Notes under the pieces: generated by a model | Seen by the model: only the letters and a program-made list of their open reading frames with translations | Told to the model about the DNA's origin: nothing | Database searches by the model: none | Part shown: piece after piece, positions 63,301-64,000 of the stretch | How the letters are laid out: each line of letters starts with the position of its first letter | Position numbering within the stretch: position 1 is the first letter of the stretch | Program-made: the position numbers and the translations under genes | Source: Bugula neritina | Taxonomy: Eukaryota > Animalia > Bryozoa | Reading direction: 5' to 3' | Length of the DNA stretch: 64,000 bases | NCBI GenBank assembly: GCA_964035545.1 | Contig: OZ037766.1 | Coordinates: forward strand, 18,191,081 to 18,255,080

Positions 63301-64000
63301 TAACATACTGGAATTTATTGTATCATACTGAAATATACTGCAACATACTGAAATACACTGTAACATACTAAAATGTATTGCAAAATACTGCAACATACTG
63401 AGATATACTGCAACATACTGAAAGACACTAAAACTCACTGAAGTATAGTGTAATATCTGCAAATGCACTGTAACATACTGAAATTTACTGTAACACACTG
63501 AAATATACTGTAACATACAGAAATATACTGTAACATACTGAGATATACTGTAAGATACTGAAATATACTACAACTCACTGAAGTATAGTGTAATTTACGG
63601 AAATGTACTGTAACATACTGAAATTTATTGTAACATACTGAATTATACTGTAACATACTGAAATACACTGCAACATACTGAAATACACTGTAACATACTG
63701 AAAGACACTAAAACTCACTGAAGTATAGTGTAATATCTGCAAATGCACTGTAACATATTGAAATTTACTGTAACACAGTGAAATATACTGTAACATACTG
63801 AAATATACTGTAACATACTGAGATATACTGCAAGATACTGAAATATACTACAACTCACTGAAGTATAGTGTAATTTACAAAAATGTACTGTAACATACTG
63901 AAATTTATTGTAACATACTGAGTTATACTGCAACATACTGAAATACACTGTAACATACTGAAACATATTGCAAAGTACTGCAACATACTGAAATACACTG
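60324..64000. repeat. Same 10-bp satellite array, right segment
   Basis: After the duplicated AG the array resumes at 60326 with ATACTGAAAT ATACTACAAC TCACTGAAGT. Monomers and orientation are unchanged. There is a 1-bp deletion at ~61804, and the array runs off the right edge. Confidence 0.99.

Larger units (their letters stand above)
53400..64000. repeat. Local higher-order repeats of ~2.8-3.2 kb in the right part of the array
   Basis: ORF-track matches at 53620/56490 (2870), 56490/59279 (2789) and 57943/61489 (3546 = 2789+757 insertion). The variant ATCTGCAAAA occurs at 54230 and 57100. Confidence 0.75.

Noticed and set aside
431-63750. CRISPR-like reading of the conserved box with variable intervening sequence
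   Set aside because: The intervening sequences are satellite decamers, not unique spacers, and vary from ~60 to ~800 bp. There is no leader and no cas gene.
41-63966. Hundreds of minus-strand ORFs (MLQYISVCYSVFQYVAVYFS-type)
   Set aside because: A 10-bp period is not a multiple of 3, so the same low-complexity peptide appears in all three overlapping frames. Indels come in multiples of 10, not 3, and there are no recognisable domains. These are repeat artefacts.
1-64000. Telomeric repeat or CENP-B-box-containing alpha-like satellite
   Set aside because: There are no G-rich telomere-type units and no TTCG....A..CGGG motif. Centromeric function cannot be established from the sequence alone.

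Overview
Essentially the whole 64 kb is one head-to-tail tandem satellite array, most likely eukaryotic heterochromatin and possibly centromeric. It has no credible protein-coding gene. The basic unit is a 10-bp monomer (ATACTGAAAT / ATACTGCAAC / ACACTGTAAC and variants), with four levels above it. (1) The decamers form 20-bp dimers. (2) Units of 120-170 bp, usually 140 bp, are delimited by a conserved dyad-containing box, TCACTGAAGTATAGTG, which occurs in two flank classes. (3) There are kb-scale higher-order duplications at offsets of 2100, 2320, 2789/2870, 3640 and 5510 bp. (4) A ~12.8-kb super-unit is tandemly duplicated (24731-40389 and 40390-53209). The 10-bp register is broken only by three 1-bp deletions and one foreign insertion. 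That insertion is a 755-bp non-autonomous DNA transposon (59569-60323) with 23-bp CACAG-ended terminal inverted repeats (TIRs) and a 2-bp AG target-site duplication (TSD), consistent with the CMC/EnSpm(CACTA) superfamily. The many minus-strand ORFs are artefacts of the repeat.
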